Positions 34,965-45,122 of a DNA stretch of 46,422 bases are shown piece after piece. Positions within the stretch are counted from its first letter, which is position 1; each line of letters begins with the position of its first letter. The DNA comes from an uncultured Muribaculaceae bacterium (GTDB lineage: Bacteria; Bacillota_I; Bacilli_A; RF39; UBA660), in contig CAZEVZ010000001.1 in the NCBI GenBank assembly GCA_964514935.1, forward strand, positions 1-46,422, written 5' to 3'. The notes beneath the pieces were generated by a model. That model did not search any database, was not told the origin of the DNA, and saw only the letters and a list, made by a program, of their open reading frames with translations. A program made the translations under genes and the position numbers.

Positions 34965-37139
34965 ATGTACGCAAAGGTTATTATTGAATATGGTGCTAAA
35001 GCTGTCGATAGAGAATTTACATATATAATACCATTAGAATTAAAAGATAAAATTAAGATTGGTCATCGTGTAAAAGTACCATTTAATAATAATTTAATCG
35101 AAGGTTTTGTTTTGTCCATGACCGATAAATATAATGACAGTTATGAATTAAAAGAAATTGCTAGTTTATGTGATGATGAACCAGTGCTCAATAAGGAAAT
35201 GTTATTTTTAGGTAATGAAATAGCTAAAAATATTCTATGTAGTAAAATAAGTATTTTTCAAGCTATGTTACCTACTGCTTTAAAAGCTAAACATGATACA
35301 TTTATTGGAATTAAGAAGCAACGTTATTTAGTTCTTGATATCAGTTATCGTGATGCGAACAAATATATTGAAAATTGTAAATATCAAGGTCAGATAGATA
35401 TTATCGAGAAGTTGATTGTCAGCGATCGAATTTTAGTAAATAATCTTACCAGTAGTATCCAGACTTTGGTTAAAAATAAAATTGCTCATTTTGAATATGA
35501 GAATGTTGATCGTTATGTTACCCATACGACGGGAAAATACCATAAAGTAATTTTAAATGAGAGTCAAAAAGAAGTTGTCGATAGTGTCGATTTAAATAAG
35601 TATGATACTTATTTGTTGTATGGTATTACTGGAAGTGGAAAGACCGAAGTATATATGGAACTTATCGATAGAGTTTTGAAAAACGGCAAAACAGCCATCA
35701 TGTTGGTTCCGGAAATCAGTTTGACTCCCCAAATTGTCGACAGGTTTGTTACTCGTTTTGGAAGTGCCATAGCCATTTTACATAGTGGTTTATCCGATAG
35801 TGAGAAGTATGATGAATATCGTAAGATAATGGAAGGTAGAGTAAAAATTGTCGTCGGTGCGAGAAGTGCCATCTTTGCGCCCCTTAATAATTTAGGAATT
35901 ATTGTCATCGATGAAGAACATACAGGAACCTACAAGCAGGATAATAATCCCAGATATCATGCTAGAGATGTCGCTATTTTACGGGGAAAATATCATAATG
36001 CTCCGGTTTTACTAGGTAGTGCCACGCCTTCTTTGGAATCGTTTGCAAGGGCTAAAAAGGATGTTTATCAATTATTAACGCTAGATAAAAGAGCTGGTGG
36101 CGGTCAATTGCCGATGGTTAAAATAATCGATATGAAGAAGGAAGTAAAGCATGGTAATTTTATCTTATCAGAAGAACTTACTTCAAAAATAAAAGAAAAG
36201 ATAACTAAACATGAACAGGTCATTTTATTACTCAATCGTCGAGGTTATTCTTCGATGCTTACTTGTCGTGATTGTGGTCATGTTTTGAAATGCCCTAATT
36301 GTGATATTAGTTTAACATATCATAAGACAAGTAATACCAATAGATGTCATTATTGTAATTATAGCATTAAAAATGTCCGTATCTGTCCTGTATGTGGCTC
36401 TGATAATATGAAAGATTACGGTTTAGGTACTGAAAAATTAGAGGAAGAATTACACAAATTATTTGAGGCAAAAGTGGTAAGAATGGATGTCGATACGACC
36501 AGTAGAAAAGGCATGCATGAAAAAATAATCGAAGACTTTGGTAACCATAAATACGATATTTTATTGGGGACGCAAATGATTGCTAAAGGTTTAGATTTTC
36601 CACTAGTTACTTTGGTTGGGGTTATCAATGCGGATACTTCATTAAATATTCCCGATTTTAGAAGTGCTGAAAATACCTTCCAACTACTTAGTCAAGTATC
36701 GGGAAGAGCCGGTCGAAGCGATCTTGTAGGTGAAGTTATCATTCAGACTTATAATCCGGAACACTATAGCATTTTGCTTGCTAGCAAACATGACTATCTA
36801 AAATTTTATGAAGCAGAAATGGAACTTAGACGGATTCTTAATTATCCCCCATATTACTATTTAACTTTGGTAAATATAACCAGTAGAGATTACGATTTGG
36901 GTTTTAAAGAAGCAAATAAAATAGGCGATTATTTACGAAAAAATTTGGGAAAAGATACGAAGGTATTGGGTCCATCAATGGCCAGTATGTTTAAGATTAA
37001 CAACGTCTATCATTATCAATGTATCATTAAATATAAACATGATGATAAATTAAATAAGGTATTAACTGAATTAGATGAAATATATAAAGTAAACAATAAA
37101 GTCGATATTGCTATCGATGTCAATCCAATAGGGGTGTGA
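34965..37139 (+). CDS. priA: Primosomal protein N' (replication restart helicase)
   Basis: It has GITGSGKTEVY, DEEH and a Cys-rich zinc region (CRDCGHVLKCPNCDISLTYH...CHYCNY...CPVCGS). The promoter TTGACA-17-TATAAT lies upstream. Confidence 0.9.
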   Translation: MYAKVIIEYGAKAVDREFTYIIPLELKDKIKIGHRVKVPFNNNLIEGFVLSMTDKYNDSYELKEIASLCDDEPVLNKEMLFLGNEIAKNILCSKISIFQAMLPTALKAKHDTFIGIKKQRYLVLDISYRDANKYIENCKYQGQIDIIEKLIVSDRILVNNLTSSIQTLVKNKIAHFEYENVDRYVTHTTGKYHKVILNESQKEVVDSVDLNKYDTYLLYGITGSGKTEVYMELIDRVLKNGKTAIMLVPEISLTPQIVDRFVTRFGSAIAILHSGLSDSEKYDEYRKIMEGRVKIVVGARSAIFAPLNNLGIIVIDEEHTGTYKQDNNPRYHARDVAILRGKYHNAPVLLGSATPSLESFARAKKDVYQLLTLDKRAGGGQLPMVKIIDMKKEVKHGNFILSEELTSKIKEKITKHEQVILLLNRRGYSSMLTCRDCGHVLKCPNCDISLTYHKTSNTNRCHYCNYSIKNVRICPVCGSDNMKDYGLGTEKLEEELHKLFEAKVVRMDVDTTSRKGMHEKIIEDFGNHKYDILLGTQMIAKGLDFPLVTLVGVINADTSLNIPDFRSAENTFQLLSQVSGRAGRSDLVGEVIIQTYNPEHYSILLASKHDYLKFYEAEMELRRILNYPPYYYLTLVNITSRDYDLGFKEANKIGDYLRKNLGKDTKVLGPSMASMFKINNVYHYQCIIKYKHDDKLNKVLTELDEIYKVNNKVDIAIDVNPIGV

Positions 37140-37143
37140 TAAT

Positions 37144-38319
37144 ATGAAACTAACGATAACTGCTATGGATCATTTAGGTAATGGAATTGGAAAAATAGAT
37201 AATAAAGTAGTTTTTGTCCCTAAAAGCATTACCGGGGATATTTGCGATATAGATATCTATAAAAGTTACAAAAAATATGATAAAGGAAAAATTAGCACAA
37301 TAAGTACTGAAAGTGATTCTAGAATAGCGGCATTATGTCCTTATTATAGTGAATGTGGTGGATGTAATATCAGCAATTTAAGTTACGATGAACAATTGTC
37401 ATTTAAGGTGAGTAAAGTTAAAAATATTTTTAAAAAATATCTAAATGTCGATATTGCTCCGCACGTAATAGGCAGTAAAAAAGAATATCAATATCGTAAT
37501 AAAATTACCTATCATATAAGTAATGGCATAGGGCTTATTTCAGAATTTGATGGTATTGTCAGTGTAGATAATTGTTTACTTGTCAGTGAAAGAGTCAATG
37601 AACTATATCGATTGATAAAAAAAGAAGATTTAAGTAAGGTAAAATTAGTTACGATTCGTGATTATGATAATGGAATAAGTTTAATTATCAATGGTAAGAT
37701 GAATATCGATATGTTAAAGGATAAATGTTTGAGTATCTATATGGATAATCGATGTGTATATCATAAGGAAGATGGCTATATAAGGGTAAATGATATTAAG
37801 TATAAGGTATCACCGGATTCTTTCTTCCAAATAAATACGAGCAATATTGGTCATTTATATGACGAAATAGTAAGATATGGTAAATTTGATAAGGCAGATA
37901 GAGTAATTGATTTATATAGTGGTGTTGGAAGTATCAGTCTTTATATTGCCGAATATGTTGGAAGTGTTTTAGGAATTGAAATTGTATCGGCGGCAGTTGA
38001 GGATGCTAAAGAAAACGCTAGGTTGAATAATATTAGCAATGTCAAATTTATCTGTGGTGATGTTTCAAAATTAACGGGTGGTAAGATTGATGGTGATGTG
38101 CTTATTGTCGATCCTCCACGCATTGGACTCGATAGGCATACGATAGATGTCATCAATGAAAAGAAGATTAAAAAAATTATATATGTATCATGTAATCCAA
38201 TGACATTGGTTAGAGATATAAAATTGTTTACCAATTATGAATTTGAGGATGTTAGTTTTGTCGATATGTTTCCGCAGACACATCATTGTGAGATAGTCAC
38301 GATTCTCGAAAGAAAGTAG
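37144..38319 (+). CDS. 23S rRNA (uracil-C5)-methyltransferase, RumA/RlmCD-like
   Basis: It has a TRAM-like N-terminus, a Cys cluster (CPYYSECGGCN), a SAM motif (DLYSGVGSISL) and a catalytic C-terminal region (VSCNP). Confidence 0.75.
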   Translation: MKLTITAMDHLGNGIGKIDNKVVFVPKSITGDICDIDIYKSYKKYDKGKISTISTESDSRIAALCPYYSECGGCNISNLSYDEQLSFKVSKVKNIFKKYLNVDIAPHVIGSKKEYQYRNKITYHISNGIGLISEFDGIVSVDNCLLVSERVNELYRLIKKEDLSKVKLVTIRDYDNGISLIINGKMNIDMLKDKCLSIYMDNRCVYHKEDGYIRVNDIKYKVSPDSFFQINTSNIGHLYDEIVRYGKFDKADRVIDLYSGVGSISLYIAEYVGSVLGIEIVSAAVEDAKENARLNNISNVKFICGDVSKLTGGKIDGDVLIVDPPRIGLDRHTIDVINEKKIKKIIYVSCNPMTLVRDIKLFTNYEFEDVSFVDMFPQTHHCEIVTILERK

Positions 38320-38331
38320 GTTAGTGATTTA

Positions 38332-38856
38332 ATGGATGAATTAGTTGAAATATTAGCTGAGGATGGTAAACAAGTTGGAAAAAGAGTTAATAAATTTGTT
38401 GCGCATAAAAAAGGTATATGTCATGGAATAAGTGCAATTGCTTTAGTTGATAAAAAAGGGAAATTATTAATTCAAAAAAGATCACCTAATAAAAAAGATG
38501 AACCAAATAAATGGGATTTATCCAGTGCTGGTCACATTGATATTGATGAAACTCCTGAACAGGCAGCAGTTAGAGAATTGTACGAGGAAACTGGTATAAA
38601 AATTAAAATAGAAGAATTAAAATTGATTGGTACATATCTGAACAAGATAAGACTAAATAATAAGGTTTTGATTAATCATTTTACATATTTGTTTTTAATT
38701 CAAAAAGATATTAATATTAATAATATTAAAATACAAGAATATGAAGTATCGGATATTATATTTGTAGATAAGAAAAAGTATAATGAATTAGTTAATAATA
38801 AAGAAATGGTAGAAGCTATAAAATATTGCAACAAAGTTTTAGATTATATGAAATAA
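38332..38856 (+). CDS. Nudix hydrolase
   Basis: The Nudix box GHIDIDETPEQAAVRELYEETGI is present. Confidence 0.8.
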   Translation: MDELVEILAEDGKQVGKRVNKFVAHKKGICHGISAIALVDKKGKLLIQKRSPNKKDEPNKWDLSSAGHIDIDETPEQAAVRELYEETGIKIKIEELKLIGTYLNKIRLNNKVLINHFTYLFLIQKDININNIKIQEYEVSDIIFVDKKKYNELVNNKEMVEAIKYCNKVLDYMK

Positions 38857-38925
38857 TATGTTTTTTTGACTATATACTAGGTGTATTTAGAGTATCATTT
38901 TGCTTAAAATAAAAGGAGTTTTTAG

Positions 38926-39420
38926 ATGAATCAAGATAAAATGTATTTAATTAATAAAATTTTTAATAATGAAACAATTAGAACTATATGGGATAAGGAA
39001 CAAGAAAAATATTTTATAAGTGTTATTGATATCGTTGGTGCTATTGCTGAAAGTGAGAATCCAAGAAAATATTGGTCCGTTTTGAAAACTAGATTAAAAA
39101 AAGAAGGAAGTGAGTTGGCTACAATTTGTAGCCAACTGAAATTAAAATCATCGGATGGTAAATACTATAATACTGATGTGGTAACAATAGAAGGAATGTT
39201 TAGAATAATTGAGTCAGTTCCTAGTAAAAATGCTGAACCAATTAAACAATGGTTAGTAAAATTAGGCAGTGAAAGAATAGATGAGATATTTGATCCATCA
39301 ATTGCTACTCAAAGATCTATTGATTTATATCGCGCTAAAGGTTATGATGAAAAATGGATTACTGAAAGAATAAAAGGTATCAAAAATAGAAAAGAATTAA
39401 CAGAAGTTTGGAAAAGATAA
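38926..39420 (+). CDS. Bro-N / DinD-like DNA-binding domain protein, probably truncated
   Basis: IRTIWDKEQEKYFISVIDIVGAI...PRKYWSVLKTRLKKEGSE is Bro-N-like. The ORF stops early, and a +1-frame 31-codon tail runs on to 39514. Confidence 0.5.
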   Translation: MNQDKMYLINKIFNNETIRTIWDKEQEKYFISVIDIVGAIAESENPRKYWSVLKTRLKKEGSELATICSQLKLKSSDGKYYNTDVVTIEGMFRIIESVPSKNAEPIKQWLVKLGSERIDEIFDPSIATQRSIDLYRAKGYDEKWITERIKGIKNRKELTEVWKR

Positions 39421-39575
39421 TTGGTGGCGAACTGAAGCAGCACGTCTTCGCGTTTTTCAGGAGTTAGAAAGAATTGGTAAGTATTTAGCTAAAGGTGATT
39501 TGGATATAAAATAGTGAAATGTATTATTTAAAAAAATGAGAAGTAGATTTTTTCTACTTCTTTAAAAATGGTGCT

Positions 39576-40796
39576 TTAGACATTCTCGATATTCAATATG
39601 GTATTTATATAATCGATAAAATTATTATTGCATAAAAAGATATTTATCGTATATGTAGTGACCATTATAATTGTAAATATTGAGGCATCATTATGTTTGA
39701 TATGACTAATTATCTTTTTAATAATTATTAGCGATAAGATCAATTCCATCGTCAAGAATAATACTACCTGTAACCTTAAAATAGTAAATCCAAATTCATG
39801 CATATATAGATACATTCGGTAGTATGAATTAAAGATTAAAATAATTGTAAATGTCACTAGTAGTAATAACAATCTTTTAATAAGTTTATTCTCTTTAACA
39901 ATATTTGTTTTATATAAGAAGAATAGAATAAGACTAAAATTGATGATGGTAACTGCTAATAATTGAAAGAATCCTTCTCTAGCATATTCGGCATAGGTAT
40001 ATTCCATCGGTAGTTCCAAGAAATTTCCCATCAATTTAGATAATTCAGAAAAGATAAAGAGGGTAAAGATAAAATTGATGATTATAAGAAGAGTACTTCC
40101 AACAGAACTATCTACTTTCTTTAATTTTATTGCTTTATCGCTGGTATTGCTATTTTTAATAATATTGATAATAATTGAAAAGAACATAATAAAGTAGATA
40201 ACGAGAACAACAAAATTATTCCAGATTGAATCAATATTGATATGTTTAATTATTTTGGATATGAATGTATTGAAATACATATCGGCACTAGTTAACAATA
40301 ATAAGATAACTATTACAAAAGGGATACTGATAATAAATCCTTTAAAAATATTACCAATTTTCTTTTTGTTGGTATTCTTAATATTTGTATTTTCTTTAAT
40401 TACTTTTAAATTTGTAAATAATCTACCAGGAAATATTTTAGCAGTCCATTTTAGAAAAGTTCTCGAAATATGATAGTCTTTATTAGTTAAAGTTAAGAAC
40501 ATGTTAGCAATTAAAAGTGGTAAGATAAAGATATTCAATATCATATTCGATATATTAGTTTTAAATATTACGGTACCAATAATAATCAAGACGATAGGTA
40601 TTAAATAAAAATATCCTTTAACATTTACAATCATATTGGTTCTACTTACGATGTATAGATAAGTAATTATCAAGATGAATATGGGAATTATGAAATACTT
40701 ATCATATGTATATAGATTAAAATTATGTAATATCATAATAATAATTGCTGATAAGATCGTCGGGGTTATAATTGTTTTAAAATTCTCTTTATTCAT
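39576..40796 (-). CDS. Polytopic membrane protein (DUF4153-like)
   Basis: It has about 10 hydrophobic segments. The start is at MNKENF, preceded by TAAGGAGGA. It overlaps the stop of the upstream HTH gene by 8 nt. Confidence 0.55.
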   Translation of the reverse strand: MNKENFKTIITPTILSAIIIMILHNFNLYTYDKYFIIPIFILIITYLYIVSRTNMIVNVKGYFYLIPIVLIIIGTVIFKTNISNMILNIFILPLLIANMFLTLTNKDYHISRTFLKWTAKIFPGRLFTNLKVIKENTNIKNTNKKKIGNIFKGFIISIPFVIVILLLLTSADMYFNTFISKIIKHINIDSIWNNFVVLVIYFIMFFSIIINIIKNSNTSDKAIKLKKVDSSVGSTLLIIINFIFTLFIFSELSKLMGNFLELPMEYTYAEYAREGFFQLLAVTIINFSLILFFLYKTNIVKENKLIKRLLLLLVTFTIILIFNSYYRMYLYMHEFGFTILRLQVVLFLTMELILSLIIIKKIISHIKHNDASIFTIIMVTTYTINIFLCNNNFIDYINTILNIENV

Positions 40797-41001
40797 TGTT
40801 TTCCTCCTTATATTCAAATAGATCACTAGGTTGGCATTTTAATGCATGACAGATTATTGCTAATGTACTAAATCTAATTGCTCGGGCTTTATTATTTTTA
40901 AGTATCGAAAGATTAGCTAAAGTAATCCCAGTCTTTTCACTCAATTCATTTAGGGACATTTTTCTTTTAGCCATCATTACATCTAAATTGACAATTATCA
41001 T
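40789..41001 (-). CDS. Small XRE/YozG-type HTH transcriptional regulator
   Basis: MIIVNLDVMMAKRKMSLNELSEKTGITLANLSILKNNKARAIRFSTL is the characteristic YozG-like sequence. Confidence 0.8.
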   Translation of the reverse strand: MIIVNLDVMMAKRKMSLNELSEKTGITLANLSILKNNKARAIRFSTLAIICHALKCQPSDLFEYKEENNE

Positions 41002-41054
41002 TTTTATTCCTCCTTTTTAAATATCTAATTCATAGTAATAAAAGTATTTATTAT

Positions 41055-41507
41055 CTATACCATATAATCGACTTCATTTTTATATTCGATAGCTGCTTTA
41101 AATATTTGACTTAAAGTGTAAAAACAAAGACTGGTAATAAACGTTACTACAATAATGCCTATCGATAATATAGATGGTAAATAAATAGTTTTGATTAAGA
41201 CAATTAGAGAAAGAATCATAAATAGAATAGCCACCATCTTCAATGATTTTTCAATAGTTCTAGTAAATGGACTATTTTTATAAATACTTTTAAATATGTA
41301 GTTTAAAGTATATATGATAGCTAGACTTATAATATAGCACATATAAAACATAATCTTATAATATATCGTTTGATTATTAAAACTAGCAATATTGAAAAGC
41401 TTAAGGAGATCGTATAATTTAGGAATGAATGGTAAGGCTATAATTCCTCCTACAAGAATAATTTTAAATAATATTTCAATAACTTTAGCAATTTTACTTT
41501 TTTTCAT
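41055..41507 (-). CDS. DUF2975-like membrane protein
   Basis: It is a four-TM small protein immediately upstream of a YozG-type HTH gene, which is the usual pairing. The start is at MKKSK after GAGGTGGA. Confidence 0.55.
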   Translation of the reverse strand: MKKSKIAKVIEILFKIILVGGIIALPFIPKLYDLLKLFNIASFNNQTIYYKIMFYMCYIISLAIIYTLNYIFKSIYKNSPFTRTIEKSLKMVAILFMILSLIVLIKTIYLPSILSIGIIVVTFITSLCFYTLSQIFKAAIEYKNEVDYMV

Positions 41508-41644
41508 TACTTCCACCTCGATTTAATAATAAAACATTTTTTATTAAATGTCAATATAAATTTATCGATTATCAATAAATGTGCAAATCGTATAGTAAAT
41601 TGATTTGTTTTGATGTATAATTATATTAAGAAAGTGAGGAGTTT

Positions 41645-42166
41645 ATGAAAAAAGAAATAACAAGTGAAATCTTGATGAGCATTTGTGTACTTATCTTGGG
41701 GGTATGTCTTACTATTTGGGCTGACAAAGTGACTACGGTCGTATCGATTGTACTTGGATGTGTGGCAGTTTTCTACGGTATTAGTATCTTGGTAAATTAT
41801 TTTAGAAATAAAGAGAAAGTATTTAATGATAATCTTGAATTTGTTTTAGGAATAATCGTTTTAGTTATCGGGGGAATATTTATATTTAAGGTAGAATTTT
41901 TAAAAGAACTTATTTCTTTGGTAATCGGTATTTATATTCTTTTAGCAAGTGTTTTTAGATTGATTGAAACTATCAAATTAGAAAAGAGTATCAATACTAA
42001 AATTACTTCAAGTATTGTTTTATCGATATTGGGAATAATCATTGGTATAATGTGTATTACTTTTAAATTTTTATTCCCAGATATAATTGTTACCTATATT
42101 GGAGTATTACTAATAATATATAGTGTTATAAATATTAGTAATTTGGTTATTATAGGGAGGAGATAG
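41645..42166 (+). CDS. HdeD/DUF308-like membrane protein
   Basis: It has six short hydrophobic segments in pairs, and its size and topology are typical of DUF308. Confidence 0.45.
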   Translation: MKKEITSEILMSICVLILGVCLTIWADKVTTVVSIVLGCVAVFYGISILVNYFRNKEKVFNDNLEFVLGIIVLVIGGIFIFKVEFLKELISLVIGIYILLASVFRLIETIKLEKSINTKITSSIVLSILGIIIGIMCITFKFLFPDIIVTYIGVLLIIYSVINISNLVIIGRR

Positions 42167-42168
42167 AA

Positions 42169-43767
42169 TTGAAAAAGAAAATATGGATTATTAGAATCTT
42201 GATCGTATTATTATTTGCTTTTGTCTTATATTATGTATCTTTACCAGCGTTGAATATTCACAATCCCGCTTTTTATATTTATCTATTTATGGTCTTTGGC
42301 TGCTATGTAGTCTCATCGGTATTATTGCTTATCGATGGGGGAAGAGTTATCAATAAATTGAGAGACTTACCGAGAAATCTTTTAATAATTGTCGGTAGTA
42401 TTATGACGATATTGTCTCTTATTATATTGACTAATATTATCTGTAGTCCACTATTTAATTCTAAATCTTGGGCTCGTAGAATAACTATTTTGGAAGATAC
42501 CAATTTTACTGATGATATCAGTGAGGTAGATTTCAATAAAGTACCACTTTTAGATAAAGATTCTAGTCAAAAACTTGGAGATAGAGTAATGGGGCAGATG
42601 AGTGAACTTGTCAGTCAATATTACGTATCCGATCTATATACGCAAATCAATTACAATAATGAAATAGTGAGAGTTACTCCAATCGAATATAATGGTTTTA
42701 TTAAATGGTTAAACAATAAACGTCATGGTGTACTAGGCTATATTAAAGTTAATTCGGTTACGGGAGCAAGTGAATTAGTTAAACTTGATAAAGGAATGAA
42801 ATATATGCCTAGTGCATATATATTTAAAGATTTAGATAGAGCTTTAAGATTTAGATATCCAACAGAAATATTTGGCAAGATCAGTTTTGAAATCGATAAT
42901 GAGGGTAATCCTTATTGGGTTGTTCCAACGATCAAATATACGGGAGTCGGTTTGAAGAAGGAAATCAATGGTATAGTTTTGATGGATCCGGTTACTGGTA
43001 AAACCGAAAAGTATAAGATTAACGAAGTACCTAAATGGGTCGATCAAGTATATTCAGCCGATTTGGTTATCGAGCAGATAGATGATTGGGGAATGTATAA
43101 GAATGGATTTTTAAATTCTGTTTTCAGTCAAAATGGGGTAGTCCAGACGACTGAAGGATATAATTATTTAGTTAAAGATGATGATGTATATATGTATACC
43201 GGTATTACATCGGTATCGAGTGATGAATCTAATATCGGTTTTGTTCTTACCAACATGAGAACAAAAGAGACTAATTTTTATGGAGTACCAGGAGCCGAAG
43301 AATATTCAGCAATGGCATCAGCCGAGGGACAAGTTCAACAGATGAAATATAATAGTTCATTTCCACTTTTAATCAATTTAAATAATAGACCAACATATTT
43401 GATGAGTTTAAAAGATAATGCAGGACTAGTTAAAATGTATGCCTTCGTAGATGTGACCGACTATCAAAAAGTAGTGGTTACGGATAGTACTTTGGGTATT
43501 GAAGCGGCTGCCAATAATTACTTGAATAATGCTAATTTAGGTGGTAGTGGTAAGGCTAATAATAATAAAGAGATTACGATTAAAATTATCAATACGGCGA
43601 TTATCGATGGTAACACATACTACTACTTAACCGATAGTGAAGATAAAAAATATAAAGTTGCCATCAAAATCAATAACAGTTTGTTGCCATTTTTACAAGT
43701 TGGGGATAAGGTAACGATCAGTTATAACAAAGAAAGCAATGTTACCGATATTGTAAGTATCAAATAG
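42169..43767 (+). CDS. Membrane-anchored protein with a large extracytoplasmic domain, unknown function
   Basis: The start is TTG after GGGAGGAG. It has three N-terminal TM segments followed by a ~430-aa soluble domain. Confidence 0.55.
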   Translation: MKKKIWIIRILIVLLFAFVLYYVSLPALNIHNPAFYIYLFMVFGCYVVSSVLLLIDGGRVINKLRDLPRNLLIIVGSIMTILSLIILTNIICSPLFNSKSWARRITILEDTNFTDDISEVDFNKVPLLDKDSSQKLGDRVMGQMSELVSQYYVSDLYTQINYNNEIVRVTPIEYNGFIKWLNNKRHGVLGYIKVNSVTGASELVKLDKGMKYMPSAYIFKDLDRALRFRYPTEIFGKISFEIDNEGNPYWVVPTIKYTGVGLKKEINGIVLMDPVTGKTEKYKINEVPKWVDQVYSADLVIEQIDDWGMYKNGFLNSVFSQNGVVQTTEGYNYLVKDDDVYMYTGITSVSSDESNIGFVLTNMRTKETNFYGVPGAEEYSAMASAEGQVQQMKYNSSFPLLINLNNRPTYLMSLKDNAGLVKMYAFVDVTDYQKVVVTDSTLGIEAAANNYLNNANLGGSGKANNNKEITIKIINTAIIDGNTYYYLTDSEDKKYKVAIKINNSLLPFLQVGDKVTISYNKESNVTDIVSIK

Positions 43768-43888
43768 AAGTTAGGTAAAACTAGCTTCTTTTTTGTTCAT
43801 AAGGAAAGTTTTGATAAGAAAAAACTAATAATAATATGGTATAATAGAATATGAAAGAAGAAATAACAAATAGATAATAGAAGGTGAT

Positions 43889-44503
43889 ATGATGAATTTA
43901 AATGTTCTTTATGTCAAAGTAAAGACACCAGAAGAGTTATTGGCTTTTATGGACAATATTAAATATGGTATTTATGGTAATGATGGTAAGGTATATGTAA
44001 ATGATGGTACTGAAGAAGGAAATAGAGTATTCCAAGAAGCAAGTGTAAATGAATATGGTTTAGCTAATAAAGATAAAGTATTGAAGTATGGTCTTGGTCA
44101 ATGCTTTGATCAAACGGAATTAGAAAGAGCTTGGTTTAAAGAAAATAATTATGAATTTAAGACAATATTTATTTGGTTTTTATTCGAATATGAAAATACG
44201 TATCCGACCCATAGTTATTTAATATATAAAGATAAGGAAACACATAAATATTGTTATTTTGAACATGCTGACTATGAGAATAGAGGAATATATCGTTTTG
44301 ATAGTTATGAAGAGGCCATCAGATATCAAATGGAAAAGCATATTGAATATACAGAGAAATGTGGCAATATTGTCGATAATGATGTAATGAAGCATTTACA
44401 TATATATGAATACGATGTTTCTAAATATGGTATTTCTTTTGAAGAATATATCGATAATATTTTAGATTCAAAAGAAATAACGATTAAAATTATCGAGAGG
44501 TAG
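43889..44503 (+). CDS. Hypothetical cytoplasmic protein
   Basis: It is an intact ORF with an RBS (AAGGTGAT). The GLGQCFDQTE ... THSYLIY spacing is faintly papain/transglutaminase-like, which is not enough to make a call. Confidence 0.5.
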   Translation: MMNLNVLYVKVKTPEELLAFMDNIKYGIYGNDGKVYVNDGTEEGNRVFQEASVNEYGLANKDKVLKYGLGQCFDQTELERAWFKENNYEFKTIFIWFLFEYENTYPTHSYLIYKDKETHKYCYFEHADYENRGIYRFDSYEEAIRYQMEKHIEYTEKCGNIVDNDVMKHLHIYEYDVSKYGISFEEYIDNILDSKEITIKIIER

Positions 44504-44508
44504 TATAT

Positions 44509-44841
44509 ATGTATAATGGTGAATTGATCTATAAAGTATTATCTTTTATGTTAACTTTAAATAATTTAAGTGATAATCCTTATGATGATATAATGTTTAT
44601 GTACGATGAAAAATTGATGGGGTATTCTGTATCGTTAATTGGTGAAATTGATGAATTACTGGATAAAGGATATAGTTATGATGAAATAAAAGAGATTATT
44701 AGGGAATGTGATTTTGTCAATAATGATCCAGAATTAACGAAAGAAGAAGGAGAATTTTTAAGAAAAGATGCTTTAAGAATTCTCAATATTAGATATAGAT
44801 TATACGAGGAAGAAAAGAAAATTAAGAAAAAAATAAAATGA
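44509..44841 (+). CDS. Hypothetical small acidic protein
   Basis: It is an intact ORF closely following the previous gene. Confidence 0.45.
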   Translation: MYNGELIYKVLSFMLTLNNLSDNPYDDIMFMYDEKLMGYSVSLIGEIDELLDKGYSYDEIKEIIRECDFVNNDPELTKEEGEFLRKDALRILNIRYRLYEEEKKIKKKIK

Positions 44842-44888
44842 TATAAAAAATACTTGTTTTAAAAATTAAATTGTGCTAATATATTATT

Positions 44889-45102
44889 AGTTTTTCAAAA
44901 AGGCGTATGTTAGAAGTAGTAATAAACAAGGTATGTATAGAGAGAATATGGTTGGTGAAAATATTTGATACATTGTCTATGAACTTGTCTAATTAGCTGA
45001 TGATAATCCGCAGCAATGCGTTAAAATTAAGAGGGTATAACAGTAGTTATAAAGTAAGATGGTAACGCGGGATTTCTCGTTCTTACATTATGACTATTTT
45101 TT
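44889..45102 (+). promoter_or_regulatory. T-box leader (tRNA-sensing riboswitch) of leuS
   Basis: The promoter is TTGTTT-17-TGcTAATAT (44854-44882). A GA-motif region AGAAGTAGTA/AGAGAG is present. The T-box sequence AAGATGGTAACGCGG lies at 45056-45070. The terminator helix is TAGTtATAAaGTAAGA (45044-45059) / TCTTACaTTATgACTA (45081-45096), then T-run 45097-45102. A candidate CUU specifier lies at 44984-44986 (low confidence). Confidence 0.75.
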
Positions 45103-45122
45103 AATTTCAAGGAGGAATAAAA

